Positions 25,079-38,427 are shown, counted from the first letter of the whole stretch. The stretch: DNA of 63,328 bases, filler included, from Bonamia ostreae (GCA_040357525.1; 15 parts of 15 records of this genome joined end to end with filler, not necessarily neighbours in it), one strand, 5' to 3'. Numbers and translations are program-made. Notes: generated by a model not told the origin, from the sequence alone.

Positions 25079-25709
25079 TGTCCGATTACAGTTTAGAGAG
25101 ATTTTTATCACAGCGATTGTTGTCTTTTTAAGATTTGTAAGGATATAAAACGTAAAAGATTCCGTAAAAGATTCTGTTATGTAAAGACGAAGCTTAAAAA
25201 TATTGGGGATCAGAAAGCGAAATTAAAAAATATTCATTGTTAGGAATTTTAAAGTTCACTCTCTTGTGCGCATACAATAATTTTTAAATAGACAATTTGT
25301 TACCAAAAAATGGACAGTTCATTTAAAGCGCTTATTAATTGATTTGAGTGAAAACGAAAGATAATTTCTAACATCGCATTCAATATGAAAAGTTAATACA
25401 TTGATATCTAAATAAATCGATAACAAAGAGAAGTTGACGATTATGATTGGGAAATCTCTTTTGTAGGCAAAAAACTTATCTAGAAATGGTTAAANNNNNN
25501 NNNNNNNNNNNNNNNNNNNNNNNNNNNNNNNNNNNNNNTTAATTAATTAANNNNNNNNNNNNNNNNNNNNNNNNNNNNNNNNNNNNNNNNNNNNGTTTTG
25601 TTATCAATTGTCCAAAAAATAGTAAAAAGCTTTCAGGATTTGTCTTCCATAAAAATTGATTTTTAATAATTGTTATCATGCTTTGTACTAAAAGGGTCGT
25701 TATGCTATA

Positions 25710-28162
25710 TTGCCGAGCTACAACGAACTAAGACTTGTCGAAAGTGAAGATTGGACGTCGGAAACTAAAATATCCCCGGAAAAGCAAATCGGTGAGATTT
25801 TGTTCAGTGTCTGGTCGCCGAACGACAACTTCGCCGCCTCGATAGGACCGGAAAGCAAAATAACAATTTGGGATTTGTGTTTGAGCAAAAGCGTTTTCTC
25901 GGATAAAATAAGTTCTGTCACGAGCATCGCATGGCCATCCGATGACAAACTGTGCTTGGCCAAATCCGATGGAACTCTTTCTTATTTTGATGTCTCGCAA
26001 TTCAATAAAAACGACGGAAAGAGTTCAAACTCGACACAAGTCTTGAGCAACGAAAAGGAAGTCCCTGAAACACAATTGTCGATAAACGATTCGGATGAAC
26101 AAAACAGGTCGCGTGAAAGCAACAGCGAAGACGACTTCGAACTTGTTGACGACCTAGAAAAAATCAATTTTGACAGCTTCGAAACAAACAGCAATCAGAA
26201 AAAGCCGATTTCAGATTTTAAAAGCGACTCAAAAAACAGCGAAGACGACTATTTTGACCGCGCGGGAAATGAAAAGATCGCGTTTGGTTCGGAAAGCGAA
26301 GATATCGACGCATTTATAGACAACGGCAACGAAGAAACGACGAAGAAGCCAAAAAAAAGTTCGAAGAGAAAAAGTTTGGCTGAACAAAAATCGGAGAAAA
26401 TGGCTAAAACTTGGAATGAACACGAAAAAACAGACCGTAAAAATATCGAAACCTTCGCTTTCAAATCTCCGCAAAAAGCGTTTCAGTCCAGTTGCACTCC
26501 TTTTGTCGGGGACAGAAGATATTTGGTTTGGAACTTGGCTGGTTCGGTTACCATGATCCGAGGGGAAGACAACTGCGTTGTTGACATTGAATTGAGTGAC
26601 GTGTCTTTGTACAAACAAGACAAAATTGTGGACGACCATATTTTTGAGTTCGCCTGTCTCTGTTTTTTATTTGCAATTTTTAGCCGAAAAGGGGATATTT
26701 TTGGCGGCTAAAAGGAAAACTAAAAACGCTGAAGAGGTTGGCGCATATCTGTTCTACAGACCTTTCCACAAAGAAAGGGGTGGAATGGATGACGGAGAAT
26801 CGTTCTTGGATTCTCCCGAATGGAATTTTTATTTGGACGAAGAGGTTTAACAAATTTTTTTAGAGCGAAGATGTTGAAGCAGTTGGAATGGGCGACAATT
26901 TTATAGCCGTGGGAACTTCTTCGAACACTGTTCGGTTATTGCGACTCTCCGGGTTGCAATTTGAGGCGCTTGTAATGCCTGGTCCTATTGTTTCGATATC
27001 GGTTACGGATCATCTTTTGGCCATAGTTTGTCATCTTTCCAATCCAGTCAACGATAAGCAAATATTGGGCCTTCGAGTCTTCAATGTTGAAAAGATGATT
27101 TTGGAGTATGACGGATATCTTCCATCAGGCGAGAAAAATTGCGAGTTGCGGTGGATCGGCTTCAACGATTTTCAGGTAAGGATCGTGTTGTTTAAGCGTT
27201 AAAAAGCGAAAAGACATTTTAAGTCTTTTTCGGATTTTTGTGTTGTTGTATTTTTTTTCAAATTTTTGGCAATAACTCGTTTTGATGGTCGAAATTTCGT
27301 AAATTTTGATTCGTAAACATTTTAGTACAAAAATATCTGTACAAACTTGTAAAAAATATCACATAATTTTAGCGCTTTAATTTTTGATCAAATCAGCAAT
27401 TAAAAAATCACAACTATAAATTGCGTTGTTTTCATAACAGATGGTCATAACACTGGACGCAAACTTAAAAGTCTACTGTTTATCCACAGCAAAAGGCAAT
27501 CAATGGATTCCAATGGCCAACATCGGCAAACAGTTGGAGAACAAAGAAACTTTTTACCCGATTGGATGCTACCAGGATAAACTGGTTGGCGTAACATGCC
27601 CCAAAAAGACGTACCCTCTCGTAACGCCAAAACCATTAACCACAACGTTAGCGTTGAAGGCCTCAATCGTCAATATTTTAGTAAGCGATAATCCCCAATT
27701 CGGTTTAAAACTGATTAAGCAAAAGATCAGAAAATTAAAGAAGAAATCGGCGAAATGGCCGTAGACATTGCAACAAACAAGATATTTTTAAATGAGACCA
27801 ATTTTCTTTTGAACAGCGCTTCTTATAATGGCGACATGAATTTAGAGGGGAAAGCACGCGAACTCAGGGCCGCCATCGACAAAAGCGCTTACTCGATCTT
27901 TTATGTTTTTGATTCGAATTGCTAAAAGTACCTGAACGAATCTCAACCTTTGCTGGGATACGACGTAGCTACTCAGATAAACACGCCGAAAGCAATGCAA
28001 CTTTGCATAGATTGCGCGAAAGAAAACGATTCTGGGAAATTAGCCAAAAAACTCGAAACGCTCTACAAAGTTTTTAATTCACAAAAAACGAATAGTCAAA
28101 ATTTGGCAATTAAATCGTTTGATTTTTCAAAATATTTTGCAAAACAGAAATTTTGCGAATAA
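25710..28162 (+). CDS. WDHD1: CTF4/AND-1/Mcl1 replisome hub (WD40 + SepB-like), partial; ends approximate
   Basis: WD40 (WSPNDNFAAS..ITIWD), QKAFQSSCTP..RRYLVWNLAGSV, LRWIGF, WIPM and YPLVTPKP. Confidence 0.85.
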
Positions 28163-28226
28163 CGATAATTATTAAGACGCCATTAACGCCCAAAAAACAA
28201 TTTTAACTTTAATAAAATGCTAAAAT

Positions 28227-29315
28227 TTAATCTTTTATTTTTGGAGTAAAAGGCGTGTGGCCATAGCTCTTCCTTAGATCTTCTCCGACAGATCTGCCTC
28301 CGCGCCCTGTCATTTGGAGCATTCGCCTTATAAGTCATTATAAAAACATCCCTGCCGGCGACAGTCCACCAAACGGAGACATAGAAACGCCCGCAAATTT
28401 GCCGGGAGTACTCAGCGGAGTGCCGTTTCGACCATTCCGCGCTTTTTTGATTTTCTTGGCCAAGGAATGGTGCGCTTTCTCTTTTCGACTTTTTTCGAAC
28501 ATCTTGAACACTCTTTTGCTTTCCAAGTCGTCTTCGTCTTCCAGTCGTAAAGGCGTGTTCTGGATGCTCCCCCAAGTCACCAAAGGCGACACGTTCCCGG
28601 CACTAGGCTCTATCTGCGGCGTGCTTTCCACTAAGCGGAATCCGCCCACAGAAGGCGTTCCATTTTGCTCGATTCGGTCGATTTTGCTCTCAGAATTTTC
28701 GCGGGCGGTCGGCGTCTTGAACCGAGTGTTTTCGCTGCGGAAAGACGCCTTCTTCGCTTTGACAAAGCCTTCTTCGATCGCAGCTGGTTCCGATGACATA
28801 AACATCAAATGGTTCTTGCGAGAAACCTGCATCGGCTCTTCATCGCTGTTTCTGGCAACGCTTTTGTTTTCCGTCCAATCGGGCGCGTTTTTCTTCGCTT
28901 CCAAAAACAGTTTGCGCCCGGCGGAAGGCAGAGCGAGCGTCTGCCCGCGGACAGAAGAGTTGTTTTCCACCCACCAAAATTTCGCCGCGAGTTCGCGGTT
29001 GTTCTTCGCGACGATTTTCTGGAAAGCCAATTCGTCTGAAGACGCGTTGGAGCGCGCAAAATCGTCGAGCGATTTGTTTTTCGCTGAAACGGCGTTTTCG
29101 TCTTTGTCGATTTTGGGCAAAATGGGCGTCGGTGTTGGAGTCAAGATTTTGTCGTTGTTTTCGTAAACGGCGGAACTGTTTTGCAGTTCTTTTAGTAAAT
29201 CGTTTTTTCTGCGCAATGTTTCTTGATAAGGAAAATAATCTCGTTTTATTATTCTGTTCATTTGTTCTGCGTATTCGTCGTCTGTAAGAATTTTAATACC
29301 GTTTTCGTCGTCCAT
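28227..29315 (-). CDS. ESS2: Splicing factor ESS2/DGCR14
   Basis: IIKRDYFP, SLDDF, KNHLMF, NTRF, TPSVGGF and SPLVTWGSIQNTPLRL. A 21-nt last intron gives the terminal LRKSYGHTP. Confidence 0.92.
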
Positions 29316-29439
29316 TTCTGTTTTCGATGTTAAAGGGTTATCATATATTTAACAAACAGAAAAACCGGTTAATAAAATCTGATATATTGTATTGTTGCGA
29401 AAGCTTTGATTTGCTTTAATTCATCTTTGTTACCACATA

Positions 29440-29645
29440 ATTTAGTGGAGATTGCACATCGCTCTTAAAGTTGTTCCTGTTGCAAAATATTTGGGAATAT
29501 TATTTGGATCAAAAATTAAACTGGAATAAAAATAAAAAATAGTAAAAACCAACAAGCGAATAGGAATAAAAATATTTTTCAAAATATGAATCAAGAAACA
29601 TTGATAAACTTAATAAGGCCTTTATCAGACCAAAGAATTACAATA
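29440..29645 (+). mobile_element. LINE reverse-transcriptase 3' remnant
   Basis: VAKYLGILF / DQKLNW / NKRIGI / NQETLINL / KAFIRPK read across frameshifts. Confidence 0.6.
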
Positions 29646-29820
29646 TTTTCAATATTTAATATTTTTCAAACTAAAGCTAGAAACCTTACAATAAAGTTTA
29701 CATTCAAAGAATTGGCAATTNNNNNNNNNNNNNNNNNNNNNNNNNNNNNNNNNNNNNNNNNNNNTTAATTAATTAANNNNNNNNNNNNNNNNNNNNNNNN
29801 NNNNNNNNNNNNNNNNNNNN

Positions 29821-32189
29821 CGTGTATTTTAATGACAGTTTTTTCGTTGAAATAAGGAGCAGCCATTAGAAGAGAAGAGACAAACTGACTACTAACACTG
29901 CCATTAATTTTAATCAATCCGCCGATAATTCCATTTTTTGAAGAAATCAATTTAAGAGGAAGATGAAAAGGTTTTTTAATATACTCGATTTTACAACCGA
30001 TTTCTCTTAATGTTTCTACCAAATCGTCTTTTTAATTATTGCAACAATCATTTTTCGTAACAATGATTTTTTGATAAATGTAATTTATAAAAACGGATTG
30101 GTCTCTTACATATTTGTTTGTTACCTTTTATATAAACTGTTTTGCCTTTTAATAAAGCGCATGTCGACATAATAAATCTTTTTAAATTAATTTGAATTGT
30201 TAAAGCAAATTTAAATAAAATGGAACATCGACAAAATTTTTGTGAACAAATTTTATGAACAACCTAGCAGTAGTACCAGAATTCCTTATATCGACGTTCA
30301 AATCACTGTTACATTTACTAAAATCTCCTTCATTGCCTTCAACAACGAGGACATCATTTTCCCATTTCATTTTTATCCCCAATTTCAACAGCGTTTTCAT
30401 CATCGCTTCAGTATCATCGCAAATCAACAGATTATGGATTTTGCAAGTACCTCTTCCAAGACCGGCCATTAGCAAAACTCGATTCGAAATCGATTTTGAG
30501 CCCGGTATCGAAATCGGGTTTGTACCTGCTTCAAAACTTGTTGCTACGGGATGATATGAAATGGAAGGATTCAATGTTTTTTCGATCAAGGAAATTTTAA
30601 TTGGTGTTGTGTCGCTATCTTATTATTTGGCGATTTTCAAAAATTGAAAAACGCATTTTGGGAAAATTTCAATTAAGACTAAATATAAAATCTAAATTAA
30701 TGTCTTCAGCTCAAGGTCGAGTTTTGGCACATCTACAAAGAGACGTTCAATTTGCCGCTTCCGTTTGAGCACTGACATTCAAAAGGAAACGTTGATAACT
30801 TTTATATCCGACGCAATGTAAACTTTTTAAACGTAAAGGAAACATTGAGAACTTTTATATCCGACCAATGTAAACTTTTTTAAACTTTTATCCAACATTG
30901 ATGGTCAAAACCAAACTTAAGCTTGGGACATGTAAATTATATGGAAATATGCTAATTAGTTCTGGATTTAACGATGGCTGCACGATTGGCAAAAATGCGC
31001 CAAACATTAAAACATAAAAAATTAACCTTTAAGAACGAGTCCAATCGATTTTAAGACTACAATTTGGACATAATCACTTTTATTCGATTTATTCTTCTTA
31101 TCAAGTCGCATAAAATTCTCGAATTCGGAAAATTTTATGTTTTGGAGCATTTTTAACGGAACGCGAGTTGGCAATTTGAATTCTAGAAATTAAAATTGCA
31201 ACAACCGATAAGCAAAGATATCAGTCTTCTATAATCTTCGTACTTTAAAACACCCAATTCAGTAGCTATCATCGATTCATATGACATTCCGATCGAAACA
31301 CATTCTCCATGCAAATATTGGTCCGAAACAGCTTCGATCGAATGTCCGATAGTGTGCCCGAAATTCAAAATTTTTCTTTTGTTACTCTCCCTTTCATCTT
31401 TTTCCACAATCTCTGATTTAAGCTTTATCGCTTTATAGATAATATCTAATAATTTTTGTTTCTCCGAAAAGCTTGATAATGACGTAATGCTGAAAGACTC
31501 GATAAACTCGAAAAAATCGCGATCGCAAACAGCGGCTATTTTGATTATTTCTGAGAAGCCGTTTCTGAAATGCCGTTCTGGCAAAGTCTTTAGCAGATTA
31601 ACGTCGACGAAGACTGCTTTCGGCGGATGAAAAGTGCCCACAATGTTTTTTGCTCTTAAAACATTAATTCCTTTTTTTGTATTGTTGGGACAGATAAACC
31701 CGTTTTCCCCCCAATTGACGAGTCGGCACAAGCCAAAACTGTAGTCGGAATTTGCACATATCTAATTCCTCTCATAAAAGTGGAGGCGACAAAACCAGTG
31801 ATGTCTCCAACAACACCTCCTTTCGTAAATTTGCGAAAAAAACCTCCCAAAGCGATGAGTACTGATTCTCTGTTGCAACCAAGTCTCAGCAGCCAATCTT
31901 CGATACGAGCTTTTGTTTTTCTTGTTTTCGAGTTTTCGGCGGGTTTGATCGAATAGATGAAAGTCTTTTGTTTTGATAAAATTTTTGTTGTGAAAACATT
32001 CAAATCGTTATTTTGCAAAATGGAAAAAAGGTCGTTTCCATATAAATTTTTTACATTATCGTCTGTGATAATTGCGTAAAATGGCGCAGAAACGAGCTTT
32101 TTGAGGTTTTTGACAATGTCTTTGAAAATGTTTTCGATGAAAATTATGTTATAATTTTTCAGTCTAATAGGATCATGTTTCGAAGCCAT
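29821..32189 (-). CDS. ARO1: AROM polypeptide, N-terminal DHQ synthase fused to EPSP synthase (3' truncated)
   Basis: [42 protein letters not shown] and DKKN splice in frame to [17 protein letters not shown] and [12 protein letters not shown]. Confidence 0.92.
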
Positions 32190-32414
32190 TTTTAAACGGC
32201 TGAATTGCTAATTTTAGAAATTTAGTTATTGTTAAGTTTATTGATATAGTTTGTTTTTTAGATTAATAAATGGCAAAAACTTTATTGTCAATTATGGACA
32301 TATCAACAAAAAGCTATATCCTAAACATAGAATAAATGAATATAAAAATAATATAAGCACCACAAAAATATATCAACTAGCTATAACATTTTATAAATTA
32401 GCTTTAGAGCTTAA

Positions 32415-33283
32415 ATGTATGTTTTTAATTTTCTATAACATTAAGAAACAATCCCGTGAATGGTTTTCAGTTAAAAATGTTCCCGAAGAAGAGCACAATT
32501 TCTACTTAAACGAGAGCATAAAACAAGACTGCATTTTAATACTTGACCGAATCTCGGTACCTTTTTATCCATTTTAACCAAAAAGAAAGAAGACGCCAAT
32601 AACTTGTTTCTAAATCCAGTCGACCTCAAACTCTTTCCTCTTTATACCCGTTTCATCGAGAAACCAATTGACCTGACCACCGTCAAGGCAATTTCTATTT
32701 TTAATGATCAAATAAATAACAAATTTTACAGAAAATAAATTTTAATAAAAATAAAATTACAGAAAAAACTAAATAACGGAGTTTACAGAGAAACAACTGA
32801 TTTTTCTGACGATGTTCGCCAGATCTGGTTAAATTGCGAACTGTTTAATAATCCTGGAGACGTCTTCTCCAAATCTGCCAAAATCTGCTCCAAACTTTTT
32901 GAAGAGTTAAATTTTTAAAAATGGCTTTAAAAATGGCAATAAAATTTTTAAAGATCAAAAATAAAATTTGCCCGAAAACAGTCAAAAATAAAATTTAAAA
33001 AAAAAGTTTGTGGGCTCGACTATTAAAAAAACTGGACAATTTTGTCAGACTGGAGGAAGAGAACACTTATGGATTCGATAGAATAATGAACAAATCTTCA
33101 AATTCTCAACTGAACAAAGAAATCTCTCAAAACGAATCGAAAAATGTGGACAAAATATCGGATAAAGAGAAAATGGAAATAGAGCAAAAAGCGAAAGCTG
33201 AAAGACTAAAACTTAAAAACGAACTAATCAAAATGTCACAGAATAATGTTGATTCAATTAGTTCTGCGACTGAAAGTGAATAA
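32415..33283 (+). CDS. Small single-bromodomain protein
   Basis: FLNPVD..PLYTRFIEKPIDLTTVK|KKLNNGVY..FSDDVRQIWLNCELFN. Includes a GC-AG intron at 32688-32762. Confidence 0.88.
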
Positions 33284-33398
33284 ATTCAATTTTTCAATTT
33301 TTTCAAAAAATAAAAAAAATTAAAATCATTTCTTCGTTAAATCATTTCTTCGTTAAATAGAAAAAAAATTTAAAAATGTTAAAAAATTAAAAATTTAA

Positions 33399-33939
33399 TC
33401 ATTTCTTTTCACTACAAAAATTTTCTTCTTTCATTTTCGATTGAATGTTTTGAACCATTTTCAATCTATCGTTCATCAACGTCTTTATCGGCAATTTTGC
33501 GATCGCGCCATATTTTTGCCGAGAAAACTTTCTAAAAACCGCCTTCGATTTCGCACTGTTTTGATGGACCAAATCTAATAATTTTGCCGCAATCGGTTTT
33601 AGTTTTTTCCGTTCATATTTTGTGTGCTTTTCTAGCAGATTGGACTAGATATTTTTAGAATTTGGCATTTTCAAAAAAATATTTTTCAAAAAACCCATTT
33701 TTCGTCGATAAAAGGATCTTTGAACCGCAGAACCAAATAAACCGCTGCTGCGGCTAATTTGCTGAATTTTAGGCAGACAGCGTCGCAGTCCAAAAGCGAC
33801 AATTCGAGAAGGTATTCGCAATATCGTCTTTCGAATCTGGATGCCATTGCCACTCTCAAAAATCTTCTCGCGAATGATAAAGTGTATGGCATTGTCAAAC
33901 GAAAATCCAGAACTCGCAATATTTTCTGAATTCGATAAA
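33399..33939 (-). CDS. Mitotic (B/A-type) cyclin, C-terminal part
   Basis: ILRVLDFRLTMP..FARRF..YLLELSLLD..SKLAAAAVYL..W|SNLLEKHTKY..AVFRKFS. Confidence 0.88.
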
Positions 33940-34039
33940 NNNNNNNNNNNNNNNNNNNNNNNNNNNNNNNNNNNNNNNNNNNNTTAATTAATTAANNNNN
34001 NNNNNNNNNNNNNNNNNNNNNNNNNNNNNNNNNNNNNNN

Positions 34040-34295
34040 TTTCAAAATAAAAACAATTTCAAAATAATTTCAAATTAAAAAACAATTTCAAAATAAAAAA
34101 CAATTTCAAAATAAAAAATAATTTCAAAATAAAAAAACAATTTCAAAATAAAAAACAATTTCAAAATAAAAAACAATTTCAAAATAAAAAACAATTTCAA
34201 AAAACAATTTCAAAAAAAACAATTTCAAAACAATTTCAAAATAAAAAAAATTTCAAAATAATTTCAAATTAAAAAACAATTTCAAAAATAAAATT
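34040..34295. repeat. caatttcaaaataaaaaa minisatellite in a CysRS intron
   Basis: Repeated 17-18-nt units end at a ttttcag acceptor. Confidence 0.85.
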
Positions 34296-34301
34296 TTTCA
34301 G

Positions 34302-36289
34302 GATTTGAACATAATTTTGCCGGACTGCGTAACAAGAGTGTCAGAACACATTAACCCGATCATAAAATTCATCGAAGGAATCATAAAAAACGGTTTCGGT
34401 TACGAATCGAACGGCTCCGTCTATTTTGACATTCTCGCTTTCAAAAAATCTGGACACGACTATCCAAAACTTAGACCATCGTTTTCTAAAGTTGAAACTT
34501 AGTCAATTCGGAAATCAAGTTTTGTTGCAAGAAGGAGAAGGATCGCTCTCGTCGTCCAAATCGGAGAAGAAAAACGACTTCGATTTTGCTCTTTGGAAGA
34601 AAAGCAAAAGAGCAGAGCCGTCTTGGGACAGTCCGTGGGGAAAAGGTCGTCCTGGTTGGCACATCGAATGTTCTGTAATGGCCAGGTTTTCCAGATTTTG
34701 GAAATAAAAGTTGCAAAGATTTTTAGATTTTGAAAAATTGACTAAAATTTAATGGATAAGCGAAATTCTGGGGAATCGGTTTGATATTCATTCGGGCGGC
34801 GAAGATCTTTGCTTTCCTCATCACGACAACGAAGTTTGATTTGGAGATTGCCAAACTTAGATCGCTCAAGCGGAAGCTTTTTACGAGAAGGAAAAGGTTG
34901 GCCAATGGGTCAATTACTTTCTTCACGGTGATTTTTCTGGCGATTTTTAATTTTATTTTTAACTACTTTCTATTTTTTGAACGAAAAAAACAATTTTTCT
35001 AAATATTTTTAAACGGAAAAAATCAATTTTTAATTTTTATATTTTTAACGAAAAAAACAATTTTCGATTTTTCTATTTTTGAATGGAAAAAATCAATTTT
35101 TAATTTTTCAATTTTTGATCTAAAACAAAAAACAATTTTGTTATTATAAAAAAAGCCGGCCACCTCGGAATCGACGGCCTGAAAATGGCCAAATCCCTTA
35201 AAAACTTCATCACGATCAGACAAGTCAAAATACAATTTATTTTAGGCCCTGAAAACAAACAGTTCTCGGCAAATTCGAATTTGCTTTTTGCTCCAAGTTC
35301 TTTTTCCCAATCTCAGAAATGGAACAAAAAAATGGACTATTCGACGAAAGCTTTAGAAGAAGCCGTCGCCAAAGAAAAAAACATTTTCGTTTTATCATTT
35401 AGACACAAAACATTTTAATTCAAGGAATTCCTATCAAACGCCGAAGCGTTCATTCGAGACAAAACAAATCTGTCCGAATTCAAACAAAGTTTTAAAAATT
35501 TAAAGAAGATTGGGAAAGCGAAGACAGAAACTTCAACGACCAAATTTTAAAAACGCAAAAATCAGTTCATCTTTCCTTTTGCGATAACTTTGATTACCCG
35601 AAAGCAATGCACTCCATTTTCTGTTTGTTCTTTGATTTTTAGCTTTAATCGGACTTACGAACAAATATATCAGCGAAAACCCGAAAACAGCGAAAGCTTT
35701 ATTAACAAGAAAATCTTTGTTTTTTGTGGAGCGGATTTTGTTGATTTTGGGCGTTTTGGACAACAAAGACAGTTATCGCGAACCCAAAAATGGAGAAGAC
35801 AAAATGGCCGAAAAAGCGATGACAAATTTGGCCAACCTCCGCAACGAAATAAGATCGATTTGCATCAACAAAAATGGCGACGTTGGTCTTGAGCTGAGGA
35901 ACTTCAGAAATAGAACGATTGAGATTTTTGATAAATTTTTAAACAATGGAAGACTTTTCGATTCTGAAATTAATTTTTTAAATGGCAAAAATGAATGCGA
36001 AAAGCCGCTGTTAAAGATGAAAGAAATGTGCTTCGACAGCACGAACAGAAAAATTTTCGAAATAAGTCAAGATTTTGAGGACCAAATAAGCGGAGAAAAA
36101 GAAAGGAATTTCAAAAATTTGTTCAGAATAATCGACAAAGTGCGGGATGGCCCTTTGATCAAATTGGGGATAAAACTTGAAGATAGTTTGATCGACGGAA
36201 AACAAAAATGCGTTTGGAAAAGAATGAATAAAGATATTCTAATTAACCAAATTAACCAGAAGAAAAAAAGCGGAAAAAATAATAAATGA
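34302..36289 (+). CDS. CARS: Cytoplasmic cysteinyl-tRNA synthetase (5' truncated)
   Basis: [62 protein letters not shown] and GIKLED. Confidence 0.95.
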
Positions 36290-36656
36290 CAAATTTATTT
36301 TAATTTATAAATTTTTTTGAGGTGAAAAGACATTTGGCTCAACAGAATTAGCGAGATTTTTTGTATTAAAAATAATTTTTCTCAATTCGTTAAATCTCCA
36401 AAAATATTTTTTTGCGGTCAAAATGTCTCTTGAAATATCTTCACATTAAATCGAAAAGAAATGTTAAAAATTATTTTTGTGCCAATTTTTAAAATTTTTA
36501 CGAATTAATTTTGTTTTCGAAGATTAATTTTTTCGAACAAATTTTATTTGGCCAAATTTAAAAAATTTAGCCATTCTGAAAATTCAGAATTTTGGCTAAA
36601 CCGAAATTTTGTCCAAACGATATAAAATTCGCCATTAGCAAATTCAATATAATAAA

Positions 36657-38083
36657 ATGTACAAGCTTTTCACGAACGATAAGAAACTGAAGCCTGGAAT
36701 CGCTTACAAAATTATCGATCTCGAAACTCTAAATTCGTCTCCATTCGAAAGCTTTGGAAATTTTCCGGACTTTTCGGCCAATAAAATCGAAAATGCTCTT
36801 TCTAACAATTCATTCAATGACCGATTAGAACTAAAAAACGTCTCGAAAAAACTCAAAATTACCAAAAAATTCTTTTTCGTTTTTTTAAAAATTTTTTTAG
36901 GCGAAAGAGCTCAAAGATTTGGCTTTCAATCTGTCAATGGACCCAATAACGAGTCTTAACCTTTTGAGCCAAAACGACTTTCGAGAAAAAAACAGTTTTC
37001 TGTCGTTTATCCAAAATTTTCGATTCGACCAAAATTCGCTGAACGTCTTTGTCCAAGTCGCCAATCTTTCGCACGAATGGCTTTTTGACGAAAGTTCCCA
37101 TTTCTGGTCGCCCGGGATAATGAACCAGGAAGACTTTGGTTCTTTGTATGGTTGATTTTGGCTAAAATTTAAAAGGAGAATGTTTTGCTAAAAAAATTTG
37201 TTTCGGCGGCGAAATGTTGATAAATGTCGAATTTAAAAATTTGGACACGAAAAAAGCGAAAGGAAAACTCAAATCGGCGATTTATAACTTTTTGACGAAG
37301 AATGGCGTCCAAAGCAACGACGATTTTTTTGTGGACGAATTTTCGTTTTCGAGCGAAGACGCTTTTAAGATAATCAAAAATTATGATTTTGGAGCGAAAA
37401 CTGTTTCTTTTCCTGATTTGGGGGAGGTCAACAGTATTTTTAGTGATTGCAGCGACATTAAGTTTTTTTTTGCAAATTTTGCAAATTTTGATTTTATCAA
37501 ATTGCTCAAAATTGTTCAAAATTGTTCAAATTGTTCGAAAACAAAAAAACAATAAAATTGCTCAAAATTGTTCAAAATGTTCGAAAACAAAAAAAAATAA
37601 TAATAAAATTGTTCAAAATTGTTCAAAATGTTCGAAAACAAAAAATAATTATAAAATTGTTCAAAATGTTCAAATTGTTCGAAAACAAAAAATTATAAAA
37701 TTGCTCAAAATTGTTCAAAATGTTCGAAAACAAAAAATAATAATAAAATTGATCAAAATTGTTCAAATTGTTCGAAAACAAAAAAATAACAAAATTGCTC
37801 AAAATTGTTAATTTTTGTTAAAAAAAAGTTTAAATTTAATAAAAAAAGTGATTTATTTGACGGAATAAAAATGTTTGAAGAAATAACAACTTCAAAACCA
37901 AAATTGACGCACGTTTATTTGCGTCCTTATGAACTCGGCTCTGTCAACTTCGCGGAGCTTTTCAATACGATCAGAGAGAATGAGCTTGAAAACGCTTTCA
38001 AATTTGCAAAATTGCGACAAAAAGTCAACAACGTTTTGACGCACAACAATCAATATTCGATCGACCAATTTAAAGTATTTTAA
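36657..38083 (+). CDS. Multi-exon hypothetical protein
   Basis: Consecutive coding-like segments bounded by GT/AG. A tandem-repeat intron lies at ~37490-37810. Confidence 0.5.
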
Positions 38084-38427
38084 GCTTTTTCGTTAATTGC
38101 GCATATTTAAATCGATTTTAATAAACTAATTATTGCGAAATTTTTGTTTTTTANNNNNNNNNNNNNNNNNNNNNNNNNNNNNNNNNNNNNNNNNNNNTTA
38201 ATTAATTAANNNNNNNNNNNNNNNNNNNNNNNNNNNNNNNNNNNNNNNNNNNNAAAAAACAATTAAAAGTAACAATAACAAATAGACCAAAATTAAACAA
38301 TTTTCCACAAAATTTCAAACTTTTCAAGGAAACCAAAATTAGACCAAAAGACCATTTTTGCTAATCAATTAAGACCATTTGCAAAGCAAAATCAAAAAAT
38401 TAACACATCCCATTTACTCTCCCAAAA

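Noticed and set aside
30700-30780. Second tRNA or SECIS element in the AROM intron
   Set aside because: There is a D-arm-like GCTCAAGGTCGAG and a GTTCAATT, but no T stem or acceptor stem. The SECIS GA quartet is not completed.
29821-32189. Bacterial aroB-aroA operon / contamination
   Set aside because: It contains spliceosomal micro-introns and an in-frame fusion typical of eukaryotic AROM.
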